Positions 55,418 to 63,668 are shown, counted from the first letter of the stretch. The stretch is DNA of 64,000 nt from a virus (IMGVR_UViG_3300046559_000436:1-64000), one strand, 5' to 3'. Made by a program: numbers and translations. The notes: generated by a model not told the origin, from the sequence alone.

Positions 55418-55478
55418 CGCAAGTCAACGGGGCCGACCCAATGGGTCGGCCCCACCACTGTATCCGAAAGGGAGAAAC

Positions 55479-57656
55479 ATGACCGCCACCTTCCTCGGAC
55501 GGACCCGAGTCGGAAGCACGTTCCTGCCCGAGCTGCCGCCGGACTGGCCGGTAGCGTTCGACTATGAGACCGCTGGGCTGTACCCGGACGGAGACTCCGG
55601 TACCAAGACTCAGCCCGCATCCCCGGAGGGCAGGGCGTCGGCCCTGGCCATCGCGTGGTTCGACCCCGAGACCGGCGAGCTGGTCTCACACGCCTTCCCG
55701 TTCGACCAGGGCAAGATTGCCGGGAAGCCGGGTAGGGCGATCCGGGACCCCGAGACCGGTCGACAGAGCTTCTCTCCGATCCAGGCCACCCTGGACTTCG
55801 ACAACCCCAACCTGGAACCGCAGTGGTACGTTGAGCTGATGGCCTGGCTCAGCCGTCGACGGTATCTGGTGGCCCACAACGCCAAGTTCGACATGGCGGT
55901 CGCTCGGATCGGTCTGCGTGCGGACGCAGGGGGGTTCGGCGGAGAGGAGGGCCTCGGCGGGACCGAGCTGGATCAGGAAGGGACCTACATCTATGACACG
56001 ATGCTGTCCCAGATGCTGTTGGCCCCTCTGGACATGCCGTCGCTGAAGCCTACGGCCAAGAAGCTGTGGGGTGACGACGAGACCGAGGAGCTGGAAGCCC
56101 TCAAGAAGGGGCTGAAGGCCAACGGCGTGGGGCTCGGTAAGCGATACGACCTGGTGGACTGGCCGATCCTGGCCAAGTACGCGGCCAAGGACGCCGAACT
56201 TACCATTCGCTTGCACCAGGTTCAGATGAACGCGGTCGACGACGAGATTGCGCCCCCGCTGTACGAGAGCCTGCTCGAAGACGACCTGCAGACCATGCGG
56301 GTACTGTACCGGATGGAGAAGCGCGGGCTGCCCTTCCTGAAGGAAGACGGTTTGGAGGTTGCCGAGGAGCTGCGTAAGCACGCCAAGATGGTGGCCAGCA
56401 CGATGCCATTCGATCCCAGCAAGCTCGCTCAGGCCATCCGGTTCTTCTACGGGTGGAAGTGCAGCAACTCCGAAATCAGGTCCCAGAAGTTCCTGACCGG
56501 GGACGAGCGGGACTGGTCGAAATTCCTGTGCGACAAGAGTTGCGAGGAGTGCCAGGGGAAGAACGGGCTCGGACTGGAGCCGACCAGCCGGACCGAGAAG
56601 CGCGGCGACCCCCAGCTCAATCAGGCCGAGATCGACAAGCTGGCCAAGCAGGGTCAGCCCTGGATCAAGGAGTTCCAAGAGTACGTCAGCTGCATGTCGG
56701 CCATCGCCAAATGGTACGACGGCTGGTCCCTTCGAGTGGGCAAAGACGGTCGTCTTCGGCCGGTTTTCAAGCAAGGCAAGCAGGAGACCGACAAGTCGGG
56801 CGGAGCCAAGAGCAAGGAGGGCGGCACCAAGACGGGTCGGCTGGCGGTGGAGCGGGTGCAGATCCAGGCGGTTCCCCGTAAGACGCACCTGCCCATCCCG
56901 GCCCCCCACCCCAAGAAGCTGATCCGGCCGACCAGCGGCAAGGTCGTGTGGGAATCGGACCTGCCCAACGGTGAGATGAGAATCGTCACTGTGATGTCCA
57001 ACTGCAACGCGATGTGGGACATCATCGACAAGCTGGACCGAGAAAAGGACGCCAGCGGCATTCACGGTCTGGTGTGCACCCAGATGTTCGGGTTGACACC
57101 TGAGGACGAGGATTTCCCCACCTTCAAGCAGGTGTCGAAGTGCATCGGTTTCGGGACGGTGTTCCAGTCCGGACCGCAGACCCTGGCTGACCAGGTCTAC
57201 CAGCAGTGCGGCGTGAAGTTCAAGGTTCAGGAGATGAAGGACTTCATCGCGGACTTCCGGGGTAAGTTCCCGGAGATCCAGCAACTGTCCGACCTGGCGG
57301 TGAAGAAGGCCGATCAGTGGCGCGGGCTGGGTTACGTCACACTGATCAACGGTCGCAACCGTTGGTTCGAGCCACACGAGCGGGTGGCCACCTGCGCGAT
57401 GTCGTCGGTTATTCAGGGTTCGCTCGCTGAGACCATGAAGACGTCCATGCGACAGGTGGAGGCTACTTACCCGGGCATCCTGATCAACCAGGTACACGAC
57501 TCGGTATGGGTGGAGGTGGACGACAGCCCGGAAGGCGAGGCGCTGGCTTGGGACGTGGCGCGGATGGTTCAGAACACCTTCGAGGAGACGTTCGACGTAC
57601 GCGAGCGACCCCGGATGAAGTTCCCGGTGACTCCGGAACGGCTTGACCTGAAGTGA
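55479..57656 (+). CDS. family A DNA polymerase with 3'-5' exonuclease
   Basis: ExoI FDYET, ExoII HNAKFD, ExoIII YAAKD; TGRL, motif A SDLPNGEMR, motif B K.IGFG, motif C QVHDS. Confidence 0.92.
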   Translation: MTATFLGRTRVGSTFLPELPPDWPVAFDYETAGLYPDGDSGTKTQPASPEGRASALAIAWFDPETGELVSHAFPFDQGKIAGKPGRAIRDPETGRQSFSPIQATLDFDNPNLEPQWYVELMAWLSRRRYLVAHNAKFDMAVARIGLRADAGGFGGEEGLGGTELDQEGTYIYDTMLSQMLLAPLDMPSLKPTAKKLWGDDETEELEALKKGLKANGVGLGKRYDLVDWPILAKYAAKDAELTIRLHQVQMNAVDDEIAPPLYESLLEDDLQTMRVLYRMEKRGLPFLKEDGLEVAEELRKHAKMVASTMPFDPSKLAQAIRFFYGWKCSNSEIRSQKFLTGDERDWSKFLCDKSCEECQGKNGLGLEPTSRTEKRGDPQLNQAEIDKLAKQGQPWIKEFQEYVSCMSAIAKWYDGWSLRVGKDGRLRPVFKQGKQETDKSGGAKSKEGGTKTGRLAVERVQIQAVPRKTHLPIPAPHPKKLIRPTSGKVVWESDLPNGEMRIVTVMSNCNAMWDIIDKLDREKDASGIHGLVCTQMFGLTPEDEDFPTFKQVSKCIGFGTVFQSGPQTLADQVYQQCGVKFKVQEMKDFIADFRGKFPEIQQLSDLAVKKADQWRGLGYVTLINGRNRWFEPHERVATCAMSSVIQGSLAETMKTSMRQVEATYPGILINQVHDSVWVEVDDSPEGEALAWDVARMVQNTFEETFDVRERPRMKFPVTPERLDLK

Positions 57657-57797
57657 CCAGCCCCTAGCGGGCCAGATCACCCCGCTGACCCCCGGAGGGC
57701 CTACAGTATGGGCATTGCTCCGGGGGAAAGCATGGTAGTACAATGGTGGTACACGGTGGGGCACGCGGCCCCACCCCGAACCCGAGAGGGAGTGATT

Positions 57798-57974
57798 ATG
57801 GACAGCAGATGGACCACGAAGGATGACCTGGACGCGGCTTTCTACGGGATCGTGGGGCCGCAGGTCAACCGCATCGTTAGCATCAAGATCAGCGGTCTCA
57901 TGAAGATCAGCGCGGCGGGCGGCCCCAGGCCGGACACCCGAGTGCCGGTGATGGTGGGTCAGCTGTGGAGATGA
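57798..57974 (+). CDS. hypothetical protein
   Basis: GGGAG SD after promoter TTGCTC-18-TACAAT (57715-44). Confidence 0.55.
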   Translation: MDSRWTTKDDLDAAFYGIVGPQVNRIVSIKISGLMKISAAGGPRPDTRVPVMVGQLWR

Positions 57975-58465
57975 CCAGCAAGGACGTCAAGGGAAAGACC
58001 ACGGGCGTGCAGACCGAAGTGACCCTTCCGGTCAATCTGACCTTCAGCTATGATCCTGAGGACCCCTTCGCGTTCTACATGAAGTTCAACCCCAGCCGTT
58101 TCAATGAAGAGGTCCAGTGGGTGGGTTCCCTGGACCTCCTGCGCCAGGGTGTTCACGCTCCGGCCGGTCTTGCCGACATCCAGGTCTACCCAATCGACAA
58201 GGGTCAGATCGCGATTCGGCTCGAAGCCGAGGTAGGCCATTCGACCACCCGAGTGGCGGCCAAGGACATCAAGGCGTTCATCAGCGCCATCGACGAGGAG
58301 GAATCAGTGTCCAGTGTGACGATCGGTGAGGCGGTCGAGATTACTCTGGAGCAGTTTCTGGAGGATCTCGGCCTCTACCCCTATGACAACGGCCCGTCTC
58401 TCCCGCCGGGGTGGTGCCCGAACTGTATGCGAGTCCACTCCGGCAACGGATGCGGTGACGCCTGA
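57971..58465 (+). CDS. SsgA-like (SALP) sporulation/cell-division protein
   Basis: FSYDPEDPFAFYMKF..VQWVGSLDLLRQG..PAGLADIQVYP..IRLE....G..AFI matches the SsgA/SsgB pattern. Confidence 0.8.
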   Translation: MTSKDVKGKTTGVQTEVTLPVNLTFSYDPEDPFAFYMKFNPSRFNEEVQWVGSLDLLRQGVHAPAGLADIQVYPIDKGQIAIRLEAEVGHSTTRVAAKDIKAFISAIDEEESVSSVTIGEAVEITLEQFLEDLGLYPYDNGPSLPPGWCPNCMRVHSGNGCGDA

Positions 58466-58692
58466 TGGGCTGGGGCAGCGCGGGGGCGACGATCTTCGAC
58501 CCTACGATCGAGGCTCTGGTCAAATCCGGGACCACTGACGAGGTGCTGTTCGACACGGCGGTGAACCTCATCAACAACCTCCAGAGCGAGGACTGGGACA
58601 CCGAGGGAGAGTCCCTGGATCACTTCAAGGACAATCCGGTGATCGTCCGGGCGTTCGCCAGCCTCGGAATCCGGTTGCACCACAGCACCTAG
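58465..58692 (+). CDS. hypothetical protein
   Basis: MGWGSAG..DWDT motif; TGATG coupling. Confidence 0.65.
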   Translation: MGWGSAGATIFDPTIEALVKSGTTDEVLFDTAVNLINNLQSEDWDTEGESLDHFKDNPVIVRAFASLGIRLHHST

Positions 58693-58694
58693 TA

Positions 58695-58724
58695 TTGATC
58701 CGCAGCAAAACGCTGTGATACAAT
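58695..58724 (+). promoter_or_regulatory. promoter (leaderless) with the AAAACGCTGTGA motif
   Basis: TTGATC-18-TACAAT; ATG at 58731. Confidence 0.7.
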
Positions 58725-58730
58725 TGTCCT

Positions 58731-59228
58731 ATGGTCAGGACAGTGAACGTAGGTAGAGCGGCGAATGACAAAGTCGGGGTCCCCGAGGGGCAATGGGTCT
58801 CGGTGGACCCCGGCGACATTCACGTCGGGGTATGCTTCTGGAACGGCCCCGAGCCGCAGTGGGCCAGGGAATTCCGGCCAGACCAGTTCGTAGACTGGCT
58901 CGTGGATCAGATGCAGGCCGGTGAGATCGAGCTGGTCGTGTACGAGATCTTCATGCTTTATGGTCAGAAAGCACACCAGCAGACAGGGTCCACCTTTGGG
59001 ACCGCTGAATTGATAGGCGTCATGCGTCACTTGTGCCGAAGGGCGGAGGTGCCGTTTGTGGGCTATCAAGCCAGCGCCCACAAAGGTCTGTACAAGTGGG
59101 AGAAGTTCAAGCCACCGCACAAATCTTTGAGAGACTGGGTCAGCTACGGGCACGGTTCGCACACGAAAGACGCAGAATGCTGCGGCTTTTACCACCTGAT
59201 CAAGAATGGAGTGATTAAGAATGGCTGA
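58731..59228 (+). CDS. RuvC-like Holliday junction resolvase
   Basis: VSVDPG..VG, LVVYE, ELIGV, HTKDA. Confidence 0.75.
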   Translation: MVRTVNVGRAANDKVGVPEGQWVSVDPGDIHVGVCFWNGPEPQWAREFRPDQFVDWLVDQMQAGEIELVVYEIFMLYGQKAHQQTGSTFGTAELIGVMRHLCRRAEVPFVGYQASAHKGLYKWEKFKPPHKSLRDWVSYGHGSHTKDAECCGFYHLIKNGVIKNG

Positions 59229-59571
59229 GAAGGCGCCTTTCAAGAAGAGCGGCGGGCTGTGGCACTCCCCCCCGAAGGAGAAGGACCTGAACAACCCGGA
59301 TGTCCCTGTCCACAAGCGGCCCACGCTTGAGTGGCGCGAGGTCAAGGAGTGGCGTGAGACCATGCTGGTGATCGGCCAGCAGCGCGGTCGGTCGGCGGCC
59401 TTCTTCCTGCTGTGCGGGGGCGGCGGGGCTGGCACGGACAGCTACCCGATGTTCATGTCGGACGCCACCGAGATGATGAAGACGGCGACCATCGTTCAGG
59501 GGACCGTCACTGGTCGTTGGACCATCGTCAAGAAGGGTCAGAACTACGGGCTGAAGTACCTGGGAGAGTGA
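59221..59571 (+). CDS. hypothetical protein
   Basis: GGAG SD; KKGQNYGL C-terminus. Confidence 0.65.
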   Translation: MAEKAPFKKSGGLWHSPPKEKDLNNPDVPVHKRPTLEWREVKEWRETMLVIGQQRGRSAAFFLLCGGGGAGTDSYPMFMSDATEMMKTATIVQGTVTGRWTIVKKGQNYGLKYLGE

Positions 59572-59574
59572 AAG

Positions 59575-60054
59575 ATGGGTGGGAATCAGTACGTGAGGTT
59601 CCTGATCAAGGACGCAGCGGCGAAGCTCGACGAGGTGGTCCACGCTCTAGGGACCATCCAGTCGGACTTCGCTCAGGCAGGTGAGGTATCTGCCTCGCAT
59701 CGGGCCACGAAGCTGGCAAACGACGTCATAGCGTACAAGGAGTCATTGATGAGCAAGATCGGCGATGAGCTTGGCGGCGAGGTGGTGGAGAAGATGCGCC
59801 AGGCCACTGGGGCCAAGCCCAGACCGCAGCGGCCCTGCATGTTCTACCTGATGCGCAAGCACGACCACTCCGGTGTGAGTGGCACGGGGGTGGTGGCCGA
59901 GGGTATCGAGTTCTCGGACGGCCGGGTGGCCATGCGATGGGTGACCCGGATGGCAGGATCGACCTGCACCTACGACTCGATTGACGATGTGATCGAGATC
60001 CATGGTCACGGCGGAAGCACGGAGGTGATCTATGGCCGACCTGGCCGGGATTAA
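59575..60054 (+). CDS. conserved actinophage hypothetical protein
   Basis: SGVSGTGVVAEGIEFSDG..IHGHGGST. Confidence 0.65.
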   Translation: MGGNQYVRFLIKDAAAKLDEVVHALGTIQSDFAQAGEVSASHRATKLANDVIAYKESLMSKIGDELGGEVVEKMRQATGAKPRPQRPCMFYLMRKHDHSGVSGTGVVAEGIEFSDGRVAMRWVTRMAGSTCTYDSIDDVIEIHGHGGSTEVIYGRPGRD

Positions 60055-60178
60055 GGAGCTGGTCGTGACGGTGTGCGACGCGTTCGGGATCACTCGGGAC
60101 GAGTTTCTGAAAATCGTCAAAGAAGAGGCCGAAGATATGGGCCTCACGATTCTGGAAGAGGTGCTGGCGCAATGTTGA
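60032..60178 (+). CDS. hypothetical protein (48 aa)
   Basis: GGAGG SD; MADLAGIKELVVTVCDAFGITRDEFLKIVKEE... Confidence 0.55.
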   Translation: MADLAGIKELVVTVCDAFGITRDEFLKIVKEEAEDMGLTILEEVLAQC

Positions 60179-60744
60179 ACTCTGATGTGATGGCGTGGGG
60201 GTCCCTGGTCACCTGCGTCACAACGTACGTCGGGTACCAGGCAGGGTCGTTGAAGGCCCGGGTCGTGGCGGACCGGGAGTACCGGGACCCCGAGACCGGG
60301 ATGCTGACTCGGAAGGGCTTCGAACATCGCGCCCTGAAGATGCTGGCCAAGAGCTGCAACTACATCGTGGTGATGGTCGACCTCAACGACCTGAAAAAGG
60401 TCAACGACGAGTTCGGCCACGCGGCGGGCGACATGTTCATCCGCGAGCAGGCTGGTCGAATCAGTGACTGGGCCCGTAGGAAGAACGGGGTGGCGGCCAG
60501 GCTCGGCGGGGACGAGTTCGTGGTGATCGTCACCGGCTCTGCCGACACCACGGCGCTCAAGGAAGATCTGAACCGACCGATCTGCTGGGAGGGCGAGACC
60601 AGGTACTGGACCGCCAGCGTCGGATTCTCCTGGATCTCGATCGGGGTGCTCAAGAGCGACCGGAAGAACTGCCTGTCCAAGGCTCTCGGCAAGGCTGACC
60701 AGGACATGTACAAGAACAAGGGCGAGGGGCGCAGCCGCCGCTAG
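60172..60744 (+). CDS. GGDEF diguanylate cyclase
   Basis: DPETGMLTR, VDLNDLKKVNDEFGHAAGD, ARLGGDEF, ASVG, ADQDMY..K. Confidence 0.9.
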   Translation: MLNSDVMAWGSLVTCVTTYVGYQAGSLKARVVADREYRDPETGMLTRKGFEHRALKMLAKSCNYIVVMVDLNDLKKVNDEFGHAAGDMFIREQAGRISDWARRKNGVAARLGGDEFVVIVTGSADTTALKEDLNRPICWEGETRYWTASVGFSWISIGVLKSDRKNCLSKALGKADQDMYKNKGEGRSRR

Positions 60745-60774
60745 TTGCGCCAGCGCAAAACGCCGTGATAAAAT
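60745..60774 (+). promoter_or_regulatory. promoter with the AAAACGCCGTGA motif
   Basis: TTGCGC-18-TAAAAT. Confidence 0.65.
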
Positions 60775-60817
60775 AGTCTCAGACGCCGGAGGGTCCGGCG
60801 GTCGGAAGGAGCACGGG

Positions 60818-61120
60818 ATGGCGCGGTTCAAGGTCGAGGTCGAGGTGTCCAGCCGAGGTCTGGCGGTGGACGTCGAGCACGGCATCCGGGAGATCCTGTC
60901 GGATCACAACTACAACCCGCAGAACCTGCAGGTGAAGACGATGCCGGAACCGACGCGGCTGGCGGACTTCCCGTCGCAGAACGTCCGGCGACGGATCGGG
61001 GACGAGACCTACCGGGTGGTGATTCCCGGCCTCTTCAAGGAGGGCAGGGAGGTCACGGTCCCCATCTGGGAGACGGACGTCGACCTGGAGCTGCTGGACC
61101 ACTACCTCAACGGCGGCTGA
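60818..61120 (+). CDS. hypothetical protein
   Basis: AAGGAG SD. Confidence 0.65.
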   Translation: MARFKVEVEVSSRGLAVDVEHGIREILSDHNYNPQNLQVKTMPEPTRLADFPSQNVRRRIGDETYRVVIPGLFKEGREVTVPIWETDVDLELLDHYLNGG

Positions 61121-61211
61121 CGAAAGCCGGATGCGGGGGGTCGATCTCTCAAATGTGAGGGGTCGACCCCCTGGGTCTTACTTTCCGAACAGACCTAAGA
61201 GGAGACAGAAG

Positions 61212-62408
61212 ATGACCGGGAAGTTGATCGTCGTAGCGGACGGGTTCTACGGAAGCTGCGGCAAGGGCCACGTCACCGAGATGCTGTTGAACTCGGACGA
61301 CAGCCTGGTTCAGGCGAACGTTCGAGTGGGCGGCCCGAACGCAGGGCACATCGTGTACGGGCCGCAGTGCCCGAGCTGGTGCGGGATCGGCGACGAGGGC
61401 CCGAGCGATGTCCCGTGGGGGGCGGAGCCCGAGGAGGACCACCTCGTGGTGGGCGGAATCCGTCTGCACCCCTGGAAGCTGCGTCAGGTGCCGGTCGGGG
61501 CGGTAGTGAACCACTACTGCAAGTTGGTGATCGCGGCCGGGTCGGAGATCCACCTGCCGACGCTGCACGAGGAGATCAAGGCGCTGGAGGACGCTGGCCA
61601 CCGCGTCATCAACCGGCTCTACATCGACTCGGCGGCTACGGTTCTGACTGAGCGTCACAAGGAGCAGGAGAAGCACCGCGACCTGACCGGCAAGCTCGGT
61701 TCGACGGCCAAGGGGATCGGCGCCGCTCGGGCGGACCGGATCTGGCGGACGGCGGAGACCTGGGGCGAGCACGTCAAGGACCACAACGATTCCCAGTGGA
61801 CGACGGACAACACGGCGGACTACCTGTACCAGCTGATGAGCCGGGCCGGTGGCACGGTGATCATCGAGGGCACCCAGGGGTTCGGGCTGGGTCTGCACAC
61901 CGAGAACTACCCGCAGGTGACCAGCACGGATTGCCGGGCGGTGGACTTCCTGGCACAGGCCGGACTGTCGCCCTGGCACAAGGCGGTCGAGAAGTTCGAA
62001 CCGTGGGTGGTGCTGCGGACCAGGCCGATCCGGGTGGCCGGGAACAGCGGCCCGATGAAGGGTGAGACCACCTGGGAGGAGATCGGGCTTCGGCCCGAGA
62101 AGACCACGGTCACGCGGAAGGTGCGCAGGGTCGGCGAGTTCGACGCCGGGCTGGCGAACCGGGCGATCGACGCCAACGGCGGTCACAACGTGGCCAGGGT
62201 GGCGCTCACGATGGTGGATCACGTGATCCCGGAGCTGGCGGGGGCGGACTTCATCGAGGACCTGACGCCCGAGGTGGTGACGAGGCTGAAGGGGTTCATC
62301 GAGGACATCGAGATCAAGCTCAGCGGCCAGGTGATCAGCTGGGTGGGGACGGGGCCGGACACCGGACTGTGGCTGGTGGACGAAAAGGGCGACCGACTGC
62401 CCTGGTGA
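61212..62408 (+). CDS. purZ: PurZ/PurZ0-like N6-succino-2-amino-dAMP synthetase (adenylosuccinate synthetase family)
   Basis: DGFYGSCGKG (Ser in place of the PurA Asp), GGPNAGH, GSTAKGIG, EGTQG, YPQVTS, RTRPIRVAGNSGP, TTVTRKVRRVGEFD, LTMVD, GTGP. Confidence 0.8.
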   Translation: MTGKLIVVADGFYGSCGKGHVTEMLLNSDDSLVQANVRVGGPNAGHIVYGPQCPSWCGIGDEGPSDVPWGAEPEEDHLVVGGIRLHPWKLRQVPVGAVVNHYCKLVIAAGSEIHLPTLHEEIKALEDAGHRVINRLYIDSAATVLTERHKEQEKHRDLTGKLGSTAKGIGAARADRIWRTAETWGEHVKDHNDSQWTTDNTADYLYQLMSRAGGTVIIEGTQGFGLGLHTENYPQVTSTDCRAVDFLAQAGLSPWHKAVEKFEPWVVLRTRPIRVAGNSGPMKGETTWEEIGLRPEKTTVTRKVRRVGEFDAGLANRAIDANGGHNVARVALTMVDHVIPELAGADFIEDLTPEVVTRLKGFIEDIEIKLSGQVISWVGTGPDTGLWLVDEKGDRLPW

Positions 62409-62468
62409 GGTAAGACCTGGGGCGGCTCCGGACGAGGAGCCGCCCCGTTCAGTAGAAGGAGCAGGGAA

Positions 62469-63050
62469 ATGACGCAGTTCGAAGAGATGGCGGGTCCGAT
62501 CGAGGTGGACGGCGTGCAGATCGCCGACCCCAAGGTTTCGGACTTCTTCAAGAGCGGGTTGAGGTTCGTCCGGACGGAAGGTCAGCCGGACGGTAGCGTG
62601 AAGTACTTCAGCGAGAAGACGCCGGACCCGCTGACGGCGTTCTCGGGGGCCACGCACATGATCAGCAAGGAGGAAGCCGTGGATCAGCTGGGGTTGACCA
62701 AGGAGAGCGACGAGACGACGGAGAGGATCGCCGACCTGAAGGAGTGGTGGGTGGAGATGGCGTCCATGGACGTCGGGATGGTCGCCGAGAAGGCGGTGAC
62801 GTACGGCAGCAACTCGCTGGAGCAGCTCGGTCGCAAGATGGCTCAGCTGGGCGGCCGGAAGGTGGTCAGCAGCGAGGAGGCGCAGGAGCTGGGCTGCTGG
62901 GTCTACCTGACCGGCAAGGTAGAGCGCTGGACCGACGCGGTGATGCGGGGGGAGCGCCCGAAGGACGACACTCTGACGGACATCATCGCGTACGCCACGA
63001 TGGCCACGCGCATCCGTCAGGCCGGGGGGTGGCCGGACAGCCGGGGGTAA
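62469..63050 (+). CDS. all-alpha NTP-pyrophosphatase-like / nucleotide-modification-associated (Nmad1/DUF1599-like) protein
   Basis: KAVTYG..GKVER..DDTLTDIIAYATM; directly after purZ. Confidence 0.6.
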   Translation: MTQFEEMAGPIEVDGVQIADPKVSDFFKSGLRFVRTEGQPDGSVKYFSEKTPDPLTAFSGATHMISKEEAVDQLGLTKESDETTERIADLKEWWVEMASMDVGMVAEKAVTYGSNSLEQLGRKMAQLGGRKVVSSEEAQELGCWVYLTGKVERWTDAVMRGERPKDDTLTDIIAYATMATRIRQAGGWPDSRG

Positions 63051-63130
63051 TTGCGCCGGAGTAAGACCCGGGTGTAGGATAGGGATATCGCCGGGGGGAC
63101 AACCTCCCGGCTCTCCCGAAAGAAGAGGCG

Positions 63131-63316
63131 ATGGCTGACACTACGGTGCAGATGAGCATCTCCCTTACGATCGCGTCAGGGGCGGTCGGAGGTGATGGGA
63201 CGCCGATCACCCCCGACAACGTCGGGGCGTACCTAGTAGGTGCGTCCTACTACATCACGCAGTACCAGGGCGTGGAGATCACGCAGGCGACGGTAACCGC
63301 CGTCAACCCCAGCTGA
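63131..63316 (+). CDS. hypothetical protein
   Basis: GAGG SD. Confidence 0.55.
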   Translation: MADTTVQMSISLTIASGAVGGDGTPITPDNVGAYLVGASYYITQYQGVEITQATVTAVNPS

Positions 63317-63346
63317 ACCTGTAGACAACCCGAAAGGAAACCTGAG

Positions 63347-63565
63347 ATGGCGAACGTGCGAGTTCCGGTCCTCGTGATCTTCGAGTACGACGACGAGGCC
63401 ACCACGGGGCCGAACTACGGCGATGAGCCGATGACCCCGGAGTTCATCCGGGAGTACATCAAGGGTGCGGGCGAGCACCTGATCGTGCCGAGCGTGACCG
63501 TGTGCGAGGCGGAGATCGGCAAGGTTCGCAAGACGGACGAGGACGGCAAGTTCTCGTCCATGTGA
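63347..63565 (+). CDS. hypothetical protein
   Basis: AAGGA SD. Confidence 0.6.
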   Translation: MANVRVPVLVIFEYDDEATTGPNYGDEPMTPEFIREYIKGAGEHLIVPSVTVCEAEIGKVRKTDEDGKFSSM

Positions 63566-63572
63566 CGCAAAC

Positions 63573-63606
63573 CGGGGCCCCCTGTGACACAAGACACAGG
63601 GGGCCC
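63573..63606 (+). terminator. stem-loop terminator
   Basis: GGGCCCCCTGTG/CACAGGGGGCCC. Confidence 0.65.
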
Positions 63607-63668
63607 TGTTGTGTGGGAACAAAAGAGTGATATACAATTGTCATAGAGACAACAAGAAGGAGGCAGTG

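Noticed and set aside
55188-55478. N-terminal extension of PolA in the ORF track (similarly 49947, 60073, 61131, 32461 and 18494 starts)
   Set aside because: These overlap upstream genes, tRNAs or hairpins; downstream starts have clear SD sequences or stop-start coupling.
2374-57656. Inteins or introns in terminase, helicases or polymerase
   Set aside because: No C/S...HN-C/S/T intein boundaries, LAGLIDADG motifs or interrupted reading frames seen; the inserts are short.
46807-57764. Long minus-strand ORFs (46807-48702, 50013-51572, 52140-54041, 55686-57764; likewise 22716-24584 and 61149-62657)
   Set aside because: Each mirrors a recognisable plus-strand gene and has shadow-ORF composition.
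61212-62408. Ordinary host-like purA auxiliary gene
   Set aside because: It lacks the catalytic-loop Asp of GDEGKG and sits beside a nucleotide-hydrolase-like gene, favouring PurZ/PurZ0.
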